From Vulcanimicrobiota bacterium (GTDB taxonomy: Bacteria; Vulcanimicrobiota; Vulcanimicrobiia; Vulcanimicrobiales; Vulcanimicrobiaceae): a stretch of 64,000 bases of DNA. Positions 18,501 through 27,724 of the stretch are shown in pieces. The first letter of the stretch is position 1. Each line of letters begins with the position of its first letter. Both the position numbers and the translations under genes were made by a program. Below the pieces are notes generated by a model. The model worked only from the letters and a program-made list of their open reading frames with translations. It did no database searches and was not told the DNA's origin. The stretch is taken from assembly GCA_019232905.1 (NCBI GenBank), contig JAFANA010000103.1:29410-93409 (forward strand), written 5' to 3'.

Positions 18501-21500
18501 GTTACGGCTTCCCGGCAAAATGATGCCGGCGAGATTGAGCGGATCGTACGCCGTCACGGCGGTCAATTCGTTCTCGTCGTGGTTGCGGCGTGAGGCGCGT
18601 AACGCATCGACCGCTTCCGGCAGCGCGAACTGCTCGCCGACGTAGCCGTGCACGAATCGCCCGCCGCGGACTTCGCCGCGCGCTTCCAGGCGACGCAATG
18701 CGAGCAGCAACTCGCGCCAGCGAGGTGCAAGGCTTTCGCGCGCAACAATGTCGCGGAACACCACGCCCCAACGGGTCAGTAAACGCCGCGCAAACGCTTC
18801 CGCATCGATCTTTTCCGTCGCCGAGTCGAGACGCGTCCAACGGCCGCCCGAAGACCGGGGCCGCGCGCGCAAGCCTTTTTCTCCCAGACGACGTTTCGAG
18901 TCGATGAGCGAACGCAGTGCATCGAATCCGTCGGCCGTGACGAGTCCCGCTGCGACCAGCTGCCACAAGCCTTCTTCGACCTCCGCCGGCAGCCGCTTCG
19001 TGCCGCGTACGATATCGGCAAAAAACGGTGCGCCCTTGCGCGTGATCTCTTCCAGAACTTCCTGCGCGGCATGCGAAAGACCGTTAGATTTGAATTCGTC
19101 GCGAACGATCAACTCGTGCGCGTCTTCGCGTGTGAAAAGCGAAATAGGCGCAAGCTTCGTCGGGCGAACGCGACGATCGGTTTCGTTCGCCGGATCGAGC
19201 GCGGGATGCGCCGAGAGCCGTCCCCACATCACTTCGCCCGAATAGCACAGGTGATCGAGGTAGTCACGACGATAGTTCGCAACGCGCAAGGGAAGAATCT
19301 GTGCTTCCCACGCTGCGGCCGGAATCTCGTAGCCTTCGAGTTGCCGGATGACTTGCAACGTGCCGTCGACACCGTGCAGGCGCGAAAGCGGCGACACGTG
19401 CTGCCACGAGTGTAAGAACCGCACGAACTGCGCCGACGTTACCGGTTCGATTTCGCGGCGGAGTTGTCCGATCGTGCGACGGTGAATGCGCGCGAGTACC
19501 CGCCGGTTGCACCATTCCTCTTCTGTGCCGCGGAAGCGGCCGCGCAGCACTTGTCCTTGCGTTTCCAGGTGAATCAAACCGGCTTCGACGGCTTCCGGTT
19601 CGATGCCGAGACGTTCGGCGAGCGATAGCAACGTCGCGGGTCCACTCGATTCCATCCAGCCGCGCAGAATCTCCGCGATCGCCTCTTCACGCGATGCGGG
19701 CCCGTTCTCGTTTGTCACCGCATCAATGTGCGGATCGAGCGTTGCCTCGGAATACGCTAAGCGCGCGACGTTGAGCCGTTCCGCGCTCGTCCAGAATGGA
19801 CCGCCGCGGGTCGCCAACGCCGTTGCGCGGTTTTGCGCGACGAGTTCATCGAAGAACATTTGCCACTCGCCGGCCGGCGGAGCAACGACGAGCGTCGCAA
19901 GCGCATCGTGCAGCTCGTCCGCATCGCGCACGACGGGCCACGACTCGAGCGTGACCTCCGCGATGATCGCGTCGTCGAGGATGCCCGCACCGTCGACATC
20001 CTCGCGAATCGTACGGCGCAGCTGCACGGCGCGCGCCCGGCGCTCTTCCAGCGGCGCATCGTCCAGATACGCGTATGGATTCGCATTGAGGATCTCGTGA
20101 CAAAACGGCGATGGTTCCGGCGTATCGACCGCTACGGTGCGGATCGTACCGCCTTCGATCTCATGCAAGATGTCGAGCAAACCGTCGAGATCCATCGCCT
20201 CATGCAGACAGTTGTCGATCGTTTCACGTACGAGAACGTGGTCGGGAATGCGAATCGGACCGCTCAGATTCTCCGCACAGGCCGCCTGGTCGGGGAAAAC
20301 TGCCGCGACCAGATCGTCCGCGCGCATGCGCTGAAGCTGCGGCGGTACTTTCCGTCCGCCGCGCATACGAGTGATAGCGAGCGCGCGCGTGGCATTCCAA
20401 CGCCAGCGCGCACCGAACATCGGCGCCGCCAGCAACGCTTGCGTCAGCACGTACTCGACGCTCGTTGATTTCACGTATTCAAATACGATATCGAGCGGAA
20501 ATGCGTGCTGCTCGGTGAGCGACAGGACGATCCCGTTGTCCGTTGCGGCGGCCTGAAGTTCGACGTTGAACGAACGGCAGAAGCGCTTGCGCAAGGCCAG
20601 GCCCCACGCACGATTGATACGCGCGCCGAACGGCGTATGCAGGATGAGCTGCATCCCGCCGCCTTCATCGAAGAAGCGCTCCGCAACGAGCGTTTCGTTG
20701 GTGGGCACGACGCCGAGAATCTTCTTACCGGCTCGCACGTACGCAATAATCTGATCCGCGCCGGCATCGTCGACGCCGCACTCAGCGATCAGAAATTCGC
20801 GAGCATCGCCGTCGTTGCGCTCGTCGATCGCCTTGCGCACAAAGCTCACTTCGTGTGAGAGCTCTAGCGTGCGCCCGGGGCCTTCACCGTTCCAGAAGGG
20901 TACGGTAGGCGGTGCGCCGTGCGCATCTTCAACGCGAACGACACCCGGCTCGACGCGGCGGATCTTCCACGAGTTCGTCCCGAGCATGAAAATGTCGCCT
21001 GCAAGACTTTCGACCGCAAAATCCTCATCGAGCGTACCGACGACATGGCCGTCGGGCTCCGCGACGACGTTGTAATTCGCGGTCTCCGGAATCGCGCCGC
21101 CCGACGTGATCGCCGCCATGCGCGCGCCGCGCCGTCCGCGCAGGCGCCCGTTGACACGGTCGTAATGCAGATACGCGCCGCTGCGTCCGCGCGACGTAGC
21201 GACACCGTCCGCGAGCATGTTGACGACTTCGTCGAAATCTTTTCGGTCTAACTCGCGATACGGGTAAGCCGTACGAACGACGGTGTAGAGGTCGTCGGCG
21301 AGCCACTCATCGGCGCCGCACGCGGCGACGATTTGCTGCGCCAAAATATCAAGCGGCGCCGTCGGAATCTTCAACGTATCCATCGCACCGGTGCGAATTG
21401 CGCGCACGAGCGACGCGCATTCTAGCAATTCGTCGCGCGTCGTAGGAAAGAACCGGCCTTCGGGCTTCGCTCCGACCCAGTGACCCGAACGCCCAATGCG

Positions 21501-22565
21501 CTGCAGCGCGACGGCAATCGAACGCGGACTTCCGAGTTGCACGACGAGGTCGATCGAACCGATGTCGATCCCAAGCTCGAGGGATGCCGTTGCAACGACG
21601 GCTTTTAGTTCGCCGTTCTTCAGCCGGTTTTCGGCCTCGAACCGCTTTTCTTTCGACAAGCTTCCGTGATGCGGCAGTACGGCTTCCGCGCCCAATCGTT
21701 GCGCCAGCGCGTACGCGACGCGTTCGCTCATGCGACGCGTGCTGACGAACACGAGCGTTGTCCGGTTCGCGTTGATCAGTTCCGCAACGCGATCGTAGGT
21801 CTCACCCCATAATTCATTGCTTGCGACCGGCCCGAGTTCGTCTTTCGGAACCTCGATGGCAAGCGTCATGGGCCGGCGGCTGCCCACATCGACGATCTGC
21901 GCCTTCGGGCTAAGAAACCGCGCCACGTCTTCCAACGGGCGTACCGTCGCAGACAGTCCGATACGTTGCGGCTTGCGTCCCGATTGTTCTTGCACCAGGG
22001 CGTCAAGTCGCGCAAGCGTCAAAGCAAGATGCGACCCACGTTTATCCGCAACCATCGCGTGAATCTCGTCGACGATAACGGTCGAGACATTCGTGAAGAG
22101 CGCGCGCGACTTCTCCGCCGTCAACAGAATGAACAGCGACTCCGGCGTCGTGACGAGTACGTGCGGCGGCTTGCGCAACATGCGCTGACGCTCGGTCGAC
22201 GTCGTATCGCCGGTTCGCACCGCCGTGCGAATTTCAGGAAGTTCGAGTCCACGCTCAGCAGCGAGTTGATAGATCTCGCCGAGCGGGACTTCGAGATTTT
22301 TGTGAATGTCGTTCGTCAGCGCCTTAAGCGGCGAAACGTACACGACGAACGTTTCATCCGGCAGCGTTCCCGCTTCCGCATGACGCACGAGGTCGTCCAG
22401 ACAGATTGAAAACGCCGCCAACGTCTTACCGGAACCGGTGGGAGCCGAAATCAACACGTCGTCGCCACGACGAATAACCGGCCAGCCCTGCAGTTGGGGC
22501 TCGGTCGGTTTTCCTAAGCGCGTGCTGAACCACTCGCGGAGAAGCGGGTGGAATCGATCGATCAT
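18456..22565 (-). CDS. lhr: Lhr-type large ATP-dependent DEAD/DEAH helicase
   Basis: 1369 aa. Walker A SAPTGSGKTLAAF, DEIH box (VDEIHAMV), and length and N-terminal pattern (LLREWF....G.PT.PQ) of Lhr. Confidence 0.92.
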   Translation of the reverse strand: MIDRFHPLLREWFSTRLGKPTEPQLQGWPVIRRGDDVLISAPTGSGKTLAAFSICLDDLVRHAEAGTLPDETFVVYVSPLKALTNDIHKNLEVPLGEIYQLAAERGLELPEIRTAVRTGDTTSTERQRMLRKPPHVLVTTPESLFILLTAEKSRALFTNVSTVIVDEIHAMVADKRGSHLALTLARLDALVQEQSGRKPQRIGLSATVRPLEDVARFLSPKAQIVDVGSRRPMTLAIEVPKDELGPVASNELWGETYDRVAELINANRTTLVFVSTRRMSERVAYALAQRLGAEAVLPHHGSLSKEKRFEAENRLKNGELKAVVATASLELGIDIGSIDLVVQLGSPRSIAVALQRIGRSGHWVGAKPEGRFFPTTRDELLECASLVRAIRTGAMDTLKIPTAPLDILAQQIVAACGADEWLADDLYTVVRTAYPYRELDRKDFDEVVNMLADGVATSRGRSGAYLHYDRVNGRLRGRRGARMAAITSGGAIPETANYNVVAEPDGHVVGTLDEDFAVESLAGDIFMLGTNSWKIRRVEPGVVRVEDAHGAPPTVPFWNGEGPGRTLELSHEVSFVRKAIDERNDGDAREFLIAECGVDDAGADQIIAYVRAGKKILGVVPTNETLVAERFFDEGGGMQLILHTPFGARINRAWGLALRKRFCRSFNVELQAAATDNGIVLSLTEQHAFPLDIVFEYVKSTSVEYVLTQALLAAPMFGARWRWNATRALAITRMRGGRKVPPQLQRMRADDLVAAVFPDQAACAENLSGPIRIPDHVLVRETIDNCLHEAMDLDGLLDILHEIEGGTIRTVAVDTPEPSPFCHEILNANPYAYLDDAPLEERRARAVQLRRTIREDVDGAGILDDAIIAEVTLESWPVVRDADELHDALATLVVAPPAGEWQMFFDELVAQNRATALATRGGPFWTSAERLNVARLAYSEATLDPHIDAVTNENGPASREEAIAEILRGWMESSGPATLLSLAERLGIEPEAVEAGLIHLETQGQVLRGRFRGTEEEWCNRRVLARIHRRTIGQLRREIEPVTSAQFVRFLHSWQHVSPLSRLHGVDGTLQVIRQLEGYEIPAAAWEAQILPLRVANYRRDYLDHLCYSGEVMWGRLSAHPALDPANETDRRVRPTKLAPISLFTREDAHELIVRDEFKSNGLSHAAQEVLEEITRKGAPFFADIVRGTKRLPAEVEEGLWQLVAAGLVTADGFDALRSLIDSKRRLGEKGLRARPRSSGGRWTRLDSATEKIDAEAFARRLLTRWGVVFRDIVARESLAPRWRELLLALRRLEARGEVRGGRFVHGYVGEQFALPEAVDALRASRRNHDENELTAVTAYDPLNLAGIILPGSRNLQQLERRDALLVGG

Positions 22566-22642
22566 CGTCCTACCTTTGACCCGCCTCTTCGCTTCACGGT
22601 TTCCTACGCCTGGACGGTGCGAAGTTACGCTTGGGCTCTCCC

Positions 22643-23050
22643 CTATTTAACCGGCGTCATCGTTTCCGGACCCATGCCCTCGATCTGAATGACCGTCTCT
22701 TCTTTCGCCATCGCATAGTGCGGCATGTTGGGCGGTACGCTTACGAAGGTTCCAGCCGGAAGCGCCTTCATTTGACTTTGGTCCACGGTCTTTCCAAGAC
22801 CGACCATCAAAGCGCCGGAGATTACTGTTACGTTTTCTGTCGTGCCGTGAACGTGCGGCGGAAAGGTTGTACCGGCGGGCAGCTTCATCCGCATGATATA
22901 CATGCCGCTCTTCGTTGGATCACCCAACAATACGGCCATTTGCGTCCCTGCGTACCCTCCGGTTCCGGGCACCCAGTTCGTTGCATCCGGCGCCCGCCGG
23001 GCTCGCGCCGTTTGCCGGAAGGAATCCGATTGGTCCAAGCGGACTACCAA
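22643..23050 (-). CDS. cupin domain protein (N-terminus atypical)
   Basis: AVLLGDPTKSGMYIMRMKLPAGTTFPPHVHGTTENVTVISG...PPNMPHYA is a cupin beta-barrel with His ligands. It has a TTG start and no signal peptide, although family members as I recall them are secreted. ATG at 22939 is an alternative start. Confidence 0.68.
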   Translation of the reverse strand: MVVRLDQSDSFRQTARARRAPDATNWVPGTGGYAGTQMAVLLGDPTKSGMYIMRMKLPAGTTFPPHVHGTTENVTVISGALMVGLGKTVDQSQMKALPAGTFVSVPPNMPHYAMAKEETVIQIEGMGPETMTPVK

Positions 23051-23055
23051 TCGTC

Positions 23056-24090
23056 GTGGCGACCAAGAGTAAAACCAGTGGCAGCGCTTCGACCTTAGAA
23101 CGGCGCGGATTGACGGACGAGCAACTCGTCGGGATCCTGCGAACGATGCTCATGCACCGGCGGCTCGAAGGTCGGGGCTTCGAACTCAACCGTCAGGGCA
23201 AGATTCCGTTCGCGTCCGCCGGTGAAGGCCACGAGGCGGTGCAGGCCGGCGCCGCGATGGCGTTCGAGCGCGGCAAAGACATCCTCGTGCCGTACTATCG
23301 GGACCTCGGACTAGACATCGGCATCGGACTGTCGCCCCTCGAAGTACTGCTTTCGCTCTTCGCGCGCGTCGCAGATCATTCGGGCGGACGGCAGTTCCCG
23401 CACCATTACGCGAGCAAAAAGCTTGGTCTATACTCGATTAGTTCAGTTCTCGCCGCGCAGTTGCCGCACGCCGTCGGCGCTGCCTATGCGCTGAAGTATC
23501 GCAAAGAAACCGGCCGCGCCGTGCTCGCTACGGTCGGAGACGGCGCCACCTCTGAGGGCGAGTGGCACGAGTCGATGAACTTTGCCGCGATCCACAAGCT
23601 GCCGATCGTGTTCCTCTGCGAGAACAACGAGTGGGCGATCTCGACGCCGCTTGCCAAACAAATGGCAAACCCCAACATCTACGAGCGCGCCGAAGGCTAT
23701 GGTATGCCCGGCGTCCAGATCAACGGATTCGATCCCATCGCTTGCTACGCTGCGGTCAAGGAAGCGATGGATCGTGCCCGGACCGGCGGCGGTCCGACGT
23801 TCATCGAGGCGAAGTGCTACCGGTTCCTTGCGCACACGACTGACGACGACGACCGCACGTATCGTAGCCGCGAAGAAGTCGCCGAACGGCGCAAACAGGA
23901 TCCCGTTCCCACCTTCGAGCGCCTCCTCGTCGAGCACGGCGTGCTTACGGCCGAGGGCCTCGAAGATTTGAAGCGTTCCGTCCTGGCCGAGGCGAACGAA
24001 GCCACGGATCGGGCGGAATCGATGCCGTATCCGGCTCCGCACGATCTCTACACCAACGTGTACGCGGATTCGTATCAGCCCTGGCGCTGA
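23056..24090 (+). CDS. 2-oxoacid dehydrogenase E1 component, alpha subunit (copy 1)
   Basis: ORF 22915..24090 trimmed to GTG 23056 by alignment with copy 2. TPP motif GDGATSEGEWHESMNFAAIHKLPIVFLCENNEWAIS. Confidence 0.9.
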   Translation: MATKSKTSGSASTLERRGLTDEQLVGILRTMLMHRRLEGRGFELNRQGKIPFASAGEGHEAVQAGAAMAFERGKDILVPYYRDLGLDIGIGLSPLEVLLSLFARVADHSGGRQFPHHYASKKLGLYSISSVLAAQLPHAVGAAYALKYRKETGRAVLATVGDGATSEGEWHESMNFAAIHKLPIVFLCENNEWAISTPLAKQMANPNIYERAEGYGMPGVQINGFDPIACYAAVKEAMDRARTGGGPTFIEAKCYRFLAHTTDDDDRTYRSREEVAERRKQDPVPTFERLLVEHGVLTAEGLEDLKRSVLAEANEATDRAESMPYPAPHDLYTNVYADSYQPWR

Positions 24091-24103
24091 TGCGCGTCCC
24101 GCG

Positions 24104-24126
24104 TCCTTCGACAAGCTCAGGATGAC
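24104..24126 (-). repeat. short dispersed repeat, copy B (GTCATCCTGAGCTTGTCGAAGGA on minus strand)
   Basis: Plus strand reads TCCTTCGACAAGCTCAGGATGAC, in the 56-nt spacer between the two E1-alpha genes. It differs from copy A at one position. Confidence 0.7.
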
Positions 24127-24146
24127 AACTTAGGGAATGACACAAC

Positions 24147-25172
24147 GTGGCTAAAACCGACACGAAGGCAAAAGGCCTAGATCGTCATGGCCTGACGGAC
24201 GAGCAGTTGCGGCAGATTTTCCGCAACATGCTGCTGCAGCGTCAACTCGACAATCGCGGCTTCCAACTCAACCGTCAAGGCAAAGTGCCGTTCGCGCTCG
24301 GGAGCGAGGGACACGAAGCGCTGCAAGCGGGCGCCGCAATGGCGTTCAACCGCGGCAAAGACATCCTCGCGCCGTACTATCGCGATCTCGGGCTCGCGCT
24401 CGGCATTGGTCTCACTCCCTACGAAATCATGCTTTCGATTTTCGCGCGCGTCGACGATCATAACGGCGGACGTCAGTTCCCGAACCACTACTCGTCGAAA
24501 GCCGCAGGCTTGATGTCGTTCTCGTCGATTCTCGCGGCGCACATTCCGCACGCGGTCGGCGCAGCGTACGCTCAAAAATATCGCGGTGAAACCGGACGCG
24601 CCGTGCTCGTAACGTGCGGCGACGGGACGACCTCCGAAGGCGAGTGGCACGAATCGATGAACTTCGCGGCGATTCACAAGCTGCCGCTCGTGATGCTCGT
24701 CGAGAACAACGAGTGGGCCATTTCGACGCCGCTTTCCAAGCAAATGGCGAACCCGGAGATTTGGAAGCGCGCCGAAGGCTACGGCATGCCCGGCAAACGC
24801 TTCAACGGCTTCGATCCGATTGAAACGTACGCAAACGTCAAAGAAGCGCTCGACCGCGCGCGTACGGGCGGTGGACCGACGTTACTCGAGGGCATGTGTT
24901 ACCGGTTCCTCGCGCATTCGACCGACGACAACGACATGACGTACCGCACGAAAGAAATCGTTGCGGAAGCGCGCAAGCACGACCCGGTTCCGAACTTCCA
25001 AGCGGTGCTGGTGGATAGCGGCGTCATGAGCGACGCGGATGTCGATGCGATGAAAAAAGATGTGTTGCGTGAGACGAACGAGGCAACGGATAAAGCCGAA
25101 GCCGTTCCGTATCCGCAAGCCTCCGATCTCTACACGAATCTCTACGAGGGAGCCTGGCAGCCGTGGCAGTAA
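24147..25172 (+). CDS. 2-oxoacid dehydrogenase E1 component, alpha subunit (copy 2)
   Basis: 341 aa with a GTG start and AGGGAA 10 nt upstream. TPP motif GDGTTSEGEWHESMNFAAIHKLPLVMLVENNEWAIS. Overlaps the E1-beta start by 10 nt. Confidence 0.9.
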   Translation: MAKTDTKAKGLDRHGLTDEQLRQIFRNMLLQRQLDNRGFQLNRQGKVPFALGSEGHEALQAGAAMAFNRGKDILAPYYRDLGLALGIGLTPYEIMLSIFARVDDHNGGRQFPNHYSSKAAGLMSFSSILAAHIPHAVGAAYAQKYRGETGRAVLVTCGDGTTSEGEWHESMNFAAIHKLPLVMLVENNEWAISTPLSKQMANPEIWKRAEGYGMPGKRFNGFDPIETYANVKEALDRARTGGGPTLLEGMCYRFLAHSTDDNDMTYRTKEIVAEARKHDPVPNFQAVLVDSGVMSDADVDAMKKDVLRETNEATDKAEAVPYPQASDLYTNLYEGAWQPWQ

Positions 25173-26164
25173 CCGCCGGATCGAAAGTCCTCAACAACGT
25201 TGAGGCCGTACGCGAAACGCTGTACGAAGCGATGAAGAGCGACGACCGCACCATCATTCTCGGCGAAGACGTCGGCGCGCGCGGCAACGTTTTCCTCATC
25301 ACCAAGGATTTCATCAATGAATTCGGTCCGGAACGTGTGATCGACACGCCGATCGCCGAAGCCTCGATCGTCGGTATCGCAGTCGGTATGGCGATGGAAG
25401 GTTTGCGTCCGATCGCGGAGATTCAATTCGCGGACTTCATCTATCCGGCGTTCAACCAGATCGTCGGTGAAGCGGCCAAGACGCGCTATCGCTCGAACGG
25501 TGAGTACACGTGTCCGCTCGTGATTCGCACGCCGTACGGCGGCGGCGTTCGCGGTGCGCTTTCGCACTCGGTATCGATCGAAGCGCTCTTCTACCACGTT
25601 CCCGGTTTGAAGATCGTCGCGCCGGCGTTTCCCGCCGATGTGAAAGGCTTGCTCAATGCTGCGATCGACGATCCCGATCCGGTGCTCTTCCTCGAACATA
25701 AGAAGACGTACCGTTTGATCAAAGGTGAAGTGCCGGAGGGCCACTACACGATTCCGATCGGCAAAGCGAACGTCATCAAAGAAGGACGTCAGCTCACGGT
25801 CGTGTCGTACGGCTTGTACGTGCACTGGGCGCTCGAAGCCGCGAATCAGTTGGAGAACGAAGGCATGTCGGTCGAAGTGATCGATTTGCGTTCGATCCGC
25901 CCGATGGATCGCACGACGATTCTTAACAGCGTTGAAAAGACGCGCAAGCTGCTCATTATTCACGAAGACAACAAGTTCGGCGGCATCGGCGCCGAGATTT
26001 CGGCGATGGTTGCGGAAGAGGCACTCTTCTCGCTCGACGCGCCGATTCGCCGTCTTGCCGCGCCCGACGTCCCGGCGATGGGCTACGCGGAACCGTTGGA
26101 ACACGAATACATGTCGTCGCCGGCACAGATGGCTGACGCAATGCGGGAGTTGGTGAAGTTCTAA
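25163..26164 (+). CDS. 2-oxoacid dehydrogenase E1 component, beta subunit
   Basis: 333 aa. VILGEDVG..GNVF..T..F...FG..RVIDTPIAEASIVG is the transketolase-like pyrimidine-binding signature. Confidence 0.93.
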   Translation: MAVTAGSKVLNNVEAVRETLYEAMKSDDRTIILGEDVGARGNVFLITKDFINEFGPERVIDTPIAEASIVGIAVGMAMEGLRPIAEIQFADFIYPAFNQIVGEAAKTRYRSNGEYTCPLVIRTPYGGGVRGALSHSVSIEALFYHVPGLKIVAPAFPADVKGLLNAAIDDPDPVLFLEHKKTYRLIKGEVPEGHYTIPIGKANVIKEGRQLTVVSYGLYVHWALEAANQLENEGMSVEVIDLRSIRPMDRTTILNSVEKTRKLLIIHEDNKFGGIGAEISAMVAEEALFSLDAPIRRLAAPDVPAMGYAEPLEHEYMSSPAQMADAMRELVKF

Positions 26165-27582
26165 TGGCAACCACGATTACGATGCCGCAGCTCGGCGAAA
26201 CCGTTACCGAAGGGACGGTCGCGCAGTGGCTCAAGAAAGTCGGCGACACCGTTGAGAAGTACGAACCGTTCCTCGAAGTCTCGACCGATAAAGTAAACGC
26301 CGAAGTCCCCGCACCGGTCACGGGCGTCATCAAAGAAGTGCTCGTCAAAGAAGGCGACACCGTTCCGATTGGTACGGCCATTGCGGTGATCGAAGAAGTT
26401 GGCGCCGCAACCGGAACTGCGCCGGCAGCTCAAGCGCCGTCGACGCCTGAATCGATGGCGGCAAGCGCAAACGAAGAGCCGGTTCCGGGATTCAACATTC
26501 CGCAACTCCCGACGAAGCCTGCCGCGGCGTCATCCGGGAACGGCCACGCGCGCACGGGCAACGGCGTCATTCCAAGTTCGTACGGCGCGCCGGGCGGTCT
26601 CGACACGGCCGGTGCCGAGGATGCGCTGCGCAAAGCATCGCCCGCCGTCCGCAAACTCGCGCGCGAAAATAATCTCGACATCCGCGCAATCCGTGGGACG
26701 GGAACCAACGGTCGCGTTACTGCTGACGACGTGCTGACTGCGGCGGCCATGGGCCCCGCTGCGGCCGTGGGTCAAGCGATCGCAACCGGCACGAATTTCG
26801 GTGCAACGCCGCCGCCTGCGTTTGCTCCGGCTGCACCGCCGTCCGCTCCGCCGGCGTCGGGAACGTCGACGTACGGTGAACCGATTCCGGGTACGGTCAT
26901 TCCGCTCACGCAAGCACGCCGCATCATTGCCGAACGCATGGTCGAATCGAAGCACACCGCGCCGCATGCGTGGTCGATGGTCTCGATCGACGTGACGAAC
27001 GTGTGGAAGTGGCGCGCGCGTGAAAAGGACCGTTTCGAACGCGAAACGGGATACAAACTCACGCTACTGCCCTTCTTCATCCGCGCGGTCGTCGAATCGA
27101 TCTCGGCCTTTCCGTTGATGAATGCGAAGTTCACGGCGGAAGGCATCTACGTAAACAAAGACGTGAACATCGGCGTCGCAATCGGCCTGCCGACGAATCT
27201 CGTCGTTCCCGTGATCAAGAACGCCGATAAGCTCTCGATCAAAGGTCTCGCGATTGCAGCGGGTGAGTTGATCGACAAAGCGCGCCGCAACAAACTCGGC
27301 GTCGACGATCTCGCAGGCGGGACGTTCACCGTCAACAACAACGGTGCGAACGGTTCGTGGGCCTCGGCTCCGATCATCAACGGCGGTCAAGCCGGCATCG
27401 TCACGATGGAAACGGTCGAAAAGAAGCTGCTCGTACGCGACGACGACTCATTCGCACCATGCTACGTGATGAACTCGTGTCTCTCGCTCGACCACCGCGT
27501 CGTGGACGGCTACGTAGCCAGCGGCTTCCTCGCCGACTTGAAAAAACGCCTCGAAAAAATGGGGCCGGACGGAGCACTCTAA
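26164..27582 (+). CDS. dihydrolipoamide acyltransferase E2 component
   Basis: Lipoyl domain (LEVSTDKVNAEVPAP), Ala/Pro linkers, subunit-binding domain (SPAVRKLARENNLDIRAIRGTGTNGRVT), and catalytic DHRVVDG. TAATG overlap with E1-beta. Confidence 0.93.
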   Translation: MATTITMPQLGETVTEGTVAQWLKKVGDTVEKYEPFLEVSTDKVNAEVPAPVTGVIKEVLVKEGDTVPIGTAIAVIEEVGAATGTAPAAQAPSTPESMAASANEEPVPGFNIPQLPTKPAAASSGNGHARTGNGVIPSSYGAPGGLDTAGAEDALRKASPAVRKLARENNLDIRAIRGTGTNGRVTADDVLTAAAMGPAAAVGQAIATGTNFGATPPPAFAPAAPPSAPPASGTSTYGEPIPGTVIPLTQARRIIAERMVESKHTAPHAWSMVSIDVTNVWKWRAREKDRFERETGYKLTLLPFFIRAVVESISAFPLMNAKFTAEGIYVNKDVNIGVAIGLPTNLVVPVIKNADKLSIKGLAIAAGELIDKARRNKLGVDDLAGGTFTVNNNGANGSWASAPIINGGQAGIVTMETVEKKLLVRDDDSFAPCYVMNSCLSLDHRVVDGYVASGFLADLKKRLEKMGPDGAL

Positions 27583-27588
27583 TCCCGC

Positions 27589-27611
27589 GTCATCCTGAGC
27601 CTGTCGAAGGA
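27589..27611 (+). repeat. short dispersed repeat, copy A (GTCATCCTGAGCCTGTCGAAGGA)
   Basis: Read directly, 7 nt after the E2 stop codon. Confidence 0.7.
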
Positions 27612-27627
27612 GCGCAACGAAGCAAGA

Positions 27628-27649
27628 GCCCGGCAAGACCCCGCCGGGC
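27628..27649 (+). terminator. possible terminator hairpin after E2
   Basis: GCCCGGC-8 nt-GCCGGGC stem-loop followed by CTTCATCTCGT. The T-tract is weak, so intrinsic termination is uncertain. Confidence 0.4.
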
Positions 27650-27724
27650 CTTCATCTCGTAGCTGGAACTTAAGCGGCCTGCCGAGCGAAACACTTAGGC
27701 CAGGGAACGGTGTTACCACTCACG

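Noticed and set aside
25142-26170. 342-aa ORF antisense to the E1-beta gene
   Set aside because: It lies exactly antisense to a CDS with unmistakable E1-beta motifs. It has no motif of its own and is an Arg/His/Val-rich shadow ORF.
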